From: Chiloscyllium plagiosum
Lineage: Eukaryota
Direction: 5' to 3'
NCBI RefSeq assembly: GCF_004010195.1
Contig: NC_057740.1
Span: 43,331,633-43,395,632, forward strand
DNA length: 64,000 nucleotides
Shown: positions 58,978 through 64,000 of the stretch, in pieces
Numbering within the stretch: position 1 is the first letter of the stretch
Layout of the letters: each line of letters starts with the position of its first letter
Notes under the pieces: generated by a model
The model's input: the letters and a program-made list of their open reading frames with translations, nothing else
Databases searched by the model: none
Told to the model about the DNA's origin: nothing
Translations under genes and position numbers: made by a program

Positions 58978-61369
58978 NNNNNNNNNNNNNNNNNNNNNNN
59001 NNNNNNNNNNNNNNNNNNNNNNNNNNATTCCCTAATTCTTTGATCCGTGTTAAAACAGTTGTAATGTTAATATCTAAGACTCTTGTTCTAATAAGTTCTC
59101 TGTCCCCATCATGTCATGGATTGCTCATGTCTGATAGTTCAACTACAGACAAAAACAGAAATTGCTGGAGAAACTCAGCAAATCTGTGGCGAAAGAAAAG
59201 AGTTAACACGTCAAGTCCAGTGACCCTCCTTCAGTTCTGAAGAAATTTTAACTCTGCTTTCTCTGCACAGATATCAGAACTGCTGAGTTTCTCCAGCAAC
59301 TTCTGCTTTTGTTTCAGATCTTCAGCATCTGCATTTCTTTGTTTTATTTGAACTATGGATTTATCTCAGTACAATATGGGATGTCAGGGAGTAAGCAATT
59401 TTCTCCATGCAGGCTGAAACACTTTGTCATTTAGGGGTCCTTACTCATTTGATTCACGTTGTTTAAGAAACCGTTGGGTTAAAGTTCCTTTTGGGATAAT
59501 GAGAAAGTTATACTTGTTGGATTGCATTACAAAATTAGTTTGCATCATCACAAACACTACAATGCAAAAGTACATAATGTGTTTCTATTTGTATTAAAAG
59601 GCAGCTGTTGGCAATATTTTGAAAGTGATAACCATGCAGCAGAAAATTACTATCTTTGAAAAATATACACGCTTAATATTTATCCAGTCGTTCATCTGTG
59701 TGTATTCTGACCATAAATCATGGAGAATGGATTTTACGGAAAACAGTATTATTCAGCTTCTCAGTAAATGCAATACATTTTGAAATGAAGTCTATGCCTA
59801 AATTGCTGCATTTGAAGATCTCTTCCTCAGAAAGTGCATACATTTAGATCTGGCCATTTTACATAGAACATAGAAGAATACAGCGCAGTACAGGCCCTTC
59901 GGCCCTCGATGTTGTGCCGATCCAAGCCCACCTAACCTACACTAGCCCACTATCCTCCATATGCCTATCCAATGCCCGCTTAAATGCCCATAATGAGGGA
60001 GAGTCCACCACTGCTACTGGCAGGGCATTCCATGAACTCACGACTCGCTGAGTAAAGAACCTACCCCTAACATCTGTCCTATACCTACCCCCCCTTAATT
60101 TAAAGCTATGCCCCCTTGTGGGTGGGGCCAGTGGGTGGGGCCAGTTTTTGTTGGTGGAGACTCATCTGGATGAATTTCACTTCAAATTGTGTAAAAGGTT
60201 GTCGCATATGCAAGTGTAAATGAATTTGCTGTAACTTGCTATGATTTGATTTGCCTGATTTTATTTTTGTGCTTGATGTTAGCTGAGTCCACCTGGTCTC
60301 TGGTGATAAAGCTGCTGGAATCCCGGCTTGTATCTGACACTGGGACTTTGGTTTCATATATGATTTTTGGGAATTTTGTTTCAGAAATGTTTCTTGTTTG
60401 ACAAGGAAGTTAATGTTTCACATAATTTTATTGTTTTCATGCAGATCACTGATGATATATCCATTTATTAAATTTCACAGTGGCCTGTTTGATCTCCCAG
60501 TTCTGTTGTGGGTGAATGATGTATAATGGGATTTGAACCCAGGTTCTCAGAGCACTACTTGTTTCCCTGGATTAACACCGCCAGGCCGTCACCTCCCCAT
60601 GTAGTCTCAACTCCTCTTCACATAATCCTCGACACACTGATCAATCAAAAATCTATCAAACTTAACCTTGAGTAGATTGAGTGAGCCAGGCCCTACACTT
60701 TCTGGGTTAGAAAACTGCAAAAAGTAATGACCCAGTAACGTATGACTGGAAGATCCCTTAATTTGAAACTCTGCCCCCCACATTTCCTTCATAGTTTCTC
60801 CGCAGTGCGGAAGTAGGCCATTCGGCTCATCGAGTTGACAGTGACCCTCCAGACGGCATCGCTCCCAGACCCACCCCTCCCTCTGTAACCCTGCATTTTT
60901 GCATGGTTAATCCATCTAACCTATACATCGCTGGACACTATGGACAGTTAGCATAGCCACTCACGTAATCTGCACAGCTTTGGACTGTGAGAAGAAAACA
61001 GAGCATCTAGAGGAAACCCAATCAACCACAGAGAATGTACAAACTCCACACTGACAGTTGGTCGACAGTGGAATCGAACCCAGATCCCTGATGCTGTGAG
61101 GCTTTGGAGCTAACCACTGAGCCACCCTCAAGAGGAAAAAAATTCTCAGTATCTACCTTATGAAGCTGCCTCATCTGATTAGCTTGCTGAAATCAAGCCT
61201 TGCTATTCCTGGAATTGTCACAAATGTTAAAGATTTTGAAAAGTACACAGAATTATTCAACTGACATGTCTAACTGAGGTCAGCAGAAAGCATAGACCAG
61301 GTTTCTGTGCTTAACAAGGATCACTTTGTTTGAATTGGATTACCTACTTTATATGTTGTTGCTTTATTA

Positions 61370-61728
61370 GGGGAGGCAGTGGTGTCGCAGTGTTATTGCT
61401 AGACTATTAATCAAGACACGCTGGCAATGATCTGGGAATCCAGGTTTGAATCCTGTCATGGCAGATGGTGAAATTGAATGGAATTGAATTAAAAATCTGG
61501 AATTAAGGGTCTAATGATGACCATGAATCCATTGTTGATTTTGAGGAAAAACCCATCTGATTCATTAATGTCCTCCAGGGAAGGAGATCTGCCATCCTTA
61601 CCTGATCTGTTGAACATATGACTCCAGACCACAACAATGTGGTTGACTCTCAAATGCCTTCTGGGCAATTAAGGTTGGCCAATAAATGCTGGCCAATGAT
61701 GCCCACATTCTGTGAATGAATAAAAAAT
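61370..61728 (+). mobile_element. Second tRNA-derived SINE family (SacSINE/DeuSINE-like)
   Basis: tRNA-like head (caggtttgaatcc B box), internal aaaacccatctg..cattaatgtcc..gggaagga, tail aataaatgctggcc...tgaatgaataaaaa. Reverse copy at ~20040-20355; the same tail ends the LINE fragment at 1-310. Confidence 0.55.
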
Positions 61729-61909
61729 ATTACAAATAAACAGACTGCAACTACAGGTAAACAATTATGAACTGTCAACATGTAACTCTACTAGTTAATA
61801 CCCTAACCCTTTTATAAACTTGTCCTTAGACGCACGTGGTAAGAATCATGGATGTTATGGATACTGGGAAGCAGTTCAGTGATCCCTGTTCACTGGATAA
61901 GCTGATTTG

Positions 61910-62232
61910 GGGCGGCACGGTGGCTCAGTGGTTAGCACTGCTGCCTCACAACACCAGGGACCAGAGTACGATTCCAGCCTTTGGCGACTCCCTGTGTGGA
62001 GTTTGCACACTCTTCCCGTGTCTGCATAAGTTTCCTCCGGGTGCTCCGGTTTCCTCCGGAGGTATGCAGGTATGGTGAATTAGCTATGCTAAATTGCCTG
62101 TAGTGTTAGGTGCATTTGTCAGAGGTAAATATAGGGCAGGGGAATGGTTCTGGGTGGGTTACTTTTCGGCGGATCGGTGTGGACTTATTGGGCTGAAGGG
62201 CCTGTTTCCACACTGTAGGAGAATCTAATCTA
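61910..62232 (+). mobile_element. HE1-like tRNA-derived SINE
   Basis: ggcggcacggtggctcagtggttagcactgctgcctcac (A box) ... gtgtggagtttgcac...; CR1-like tail ending aatctaatcta. - strand copies at ~23140-23309/25268-25455, 32490-32790, 36620-36945, 52880-53070, 55090-55325 and 60810-61127. Confidence 0.8.
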
Positions 62233-62782
62233 TAGATTATGGTTCTTGTGCTGACTAGAACGCTGCTTCCACTGGTTTAACAAGAGGCACAGAGTGACTG
62301 GTTCACACTTTCAAAAGGTCTCTGATACATTAATTAAATGTCACTGCTTACAACGATTGCTGAAGGAAAGATAATCTGGCTTTCCTCAGGTTTATGGTGG
62401 TTTTGACAGAGTGCAGAGAAACTCCTGAGCTGCTGAAGGTATGATGGCTTTTCACATCTTGTTCAAAGTCCCAATCTACTCACCAACCTGAGAACCAATC
62501 ACATAGTTGTTGACCGGTAGAAGGTCTTTGTCATCAGTAACTTGTCACTGTTCCACAGACCAATTAGTTTGTTGTTGGCTGCATCTCCATTTGGACACAC
62601 CTTTTGACTTATTGCTTGAATAAGCACTTGTAGAAATGGTGCTTGCAATGAGTGTCAGGTTACTTATATTAAAAAAAAGATCAATGACCCTTCAGCAATT
62701 TGTTGATTCTTAAAGCTTACAGTGAGCGATTTGGTACCCTGTCTACAGATTATAAACTTGGATTTCTGTTACCCAAGTATAT

Positions 62783-64000
62783 CACTGGGGTACAGTACTG
62801 GTGGGGACAGGTCTGTCGTTGCATAACACTGGGGTACAGTACTGGTGGGGACATGTCTGTCAGTGTATAACACTGGGGTACAGTACTGGTGGGGACAGGT
62901 CTGTCGTTGCATAACACTGGCGTACAGTACTGGTGGGGACAGGTCTGTTGCTGTGAAACACTGGGGTACAGTACGGGTGGGGACAGGTTTGTCGTTGCAT
63001 AACACTGGGGTACAGTACGGGTAGGGACAGGTCCGTCGCTGTGTAACACTGGGGTACAGTACCGGTGGGGACAGGTCTGTCATTGTGTAACACTGGGGGA
63101 CAGTACTACTGGGGACATGTCTGTCATTGTGTAACACTGGGGTACAGTACTGGTGGGGACATGTCTGTCATTGTGTAACACTGGGGTACAGTACCGGTGG
63201 GGACATGTCTGTCATTGTGTAACACTGGGGTACAGTATTGGTGGGGACATGTCTGACACTGTATAACACTGGGGTACAGTACTGGTGGGGACAGGTCTGT
63301 CACTGTATAACACTGGGGTACAGTACTGGTGGGGATATGTCTGTCATTGTGTAACACTGGGGTACAGTGGTGGGGACGTGTCTGTCATTGTGTGACACTG
63401 GGGTACAGTACTGGTGGGGACATGTCTGTCGTTGTATAACACTGGGGTACAGTACTGGTGGGGACAGGTCTGTCACTGTATAACACTGGGATACAGTACC
63501 GGTGGGGACAGGTCTATCGTTGTGTAACACTGGGGTACAGTACCGGTGGGGACGTGTCTGTCATTGTGTAACACTGGGGGACAGTACCAGTGGGGACATG
63601 TATAACACTGGGCTGGTGGGGACAGGTCTGACTCTGTATAACACTGGGGTACAGTACTGGTTGGGACATGTCTGAAACTATATAACACTGGGGTACAGTA
63701 ATGGTGGGGACATGTCTGACACTGTATAACACTGGGGTAAGGTACTGGTGGGGACATGTCTGACACTGTATAACACTGGGGTACAGTACTGGTGGTGACA
63801 GGTCTGTCACTGTATAACACTGGGGTACAGTACTGCTGGGGACATGTCTGTCCCAGGATAACTCTGGGGTACAGTACCGGTGGGGACAGGTCTGTCACTG
63901 TGTAACACTGGGGTACAGTACCGGTGTGTACAGGTCTGTCATTGTGTAACACTGGGGTACAGTACCGGTTGGGGACATGTCTGTCATTGTGTAAAACTGG
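62783..64000. repeat. 44-bp minisatellite running off the window end
   Basis: Unit CACTGGGGTACAGTACTGGTGGGGACAGGTCTGTCACTGTATAA; successive units start at 62783, 62827, 62871 and so on. Confidence 0.95.

Noticed and set aside
59560-59840. Short ORF MQQKITIFEKYTRLIF... as a possible first coding exon of the downstream gene
   Set aside because: About 49 codons ending in a stop, AT-rich, with no recognisable homology or convincing splice sites.
61910-61985. tRNA-like sequence (A and B boxes)
   Set aside because: It is the head of an HE1-like SINE followed by SINE body and tail, with no complete cloverleaf.
62750-63952. Repetitive ORFs (TCPHQYCTPV..., DLSPPVLYPSV...) and a CRISPR-like periodic look
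   Set aside because: They are translations of a 44-bp minisatellite. There are no unique spacers and no cas genes, and the DNA is eukaryotic.

Overview
Vertebrate nuclear DNA, most likely from a cartilaginous fish (shark), judged by HE1-type tRNA-derived SINEs, dense CR1 LINE remnants and Penelope-like elements (PLEs). It contains three N-gaps. Three spliced + strand genes can be rebuilt by hand with GT-AG, phase-consistent junctions: the last six coding exons of SHC2 (814-5753), the complete two-exon TPGS1 (21999-27235, 261 aa), and a complete five-exon CDC34/UBE2R-family E2 (39917-47985, 237 aa). The E2 sits in the CDC34 syntenic position but is closer to UBE2R2 in sequence. A CpG-island promoter at ~58.6-58.9 kb looks bidirectional. 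The most notable non-genic signal is three distinct PLE families whose termini carry minimal hammerhead-ribozyme-like cores (CUGANGA-stem II-GAAA-palindrome-NUH). One family has spread as short fold-back (palindromic) insertions with clean target-site duplications. Other leads are an intronless decayed TPR-like coding relic next to SHC2, an orphan 163-aa ORF between TPGS1 and CDC34, a possibly shifted TPGS1 intron, and candidate spliced antisense transcripts near 55.5 and 58.5 kb. All homology calls are from recalled sequences, not database searches. Repeat boundaries are approximate.
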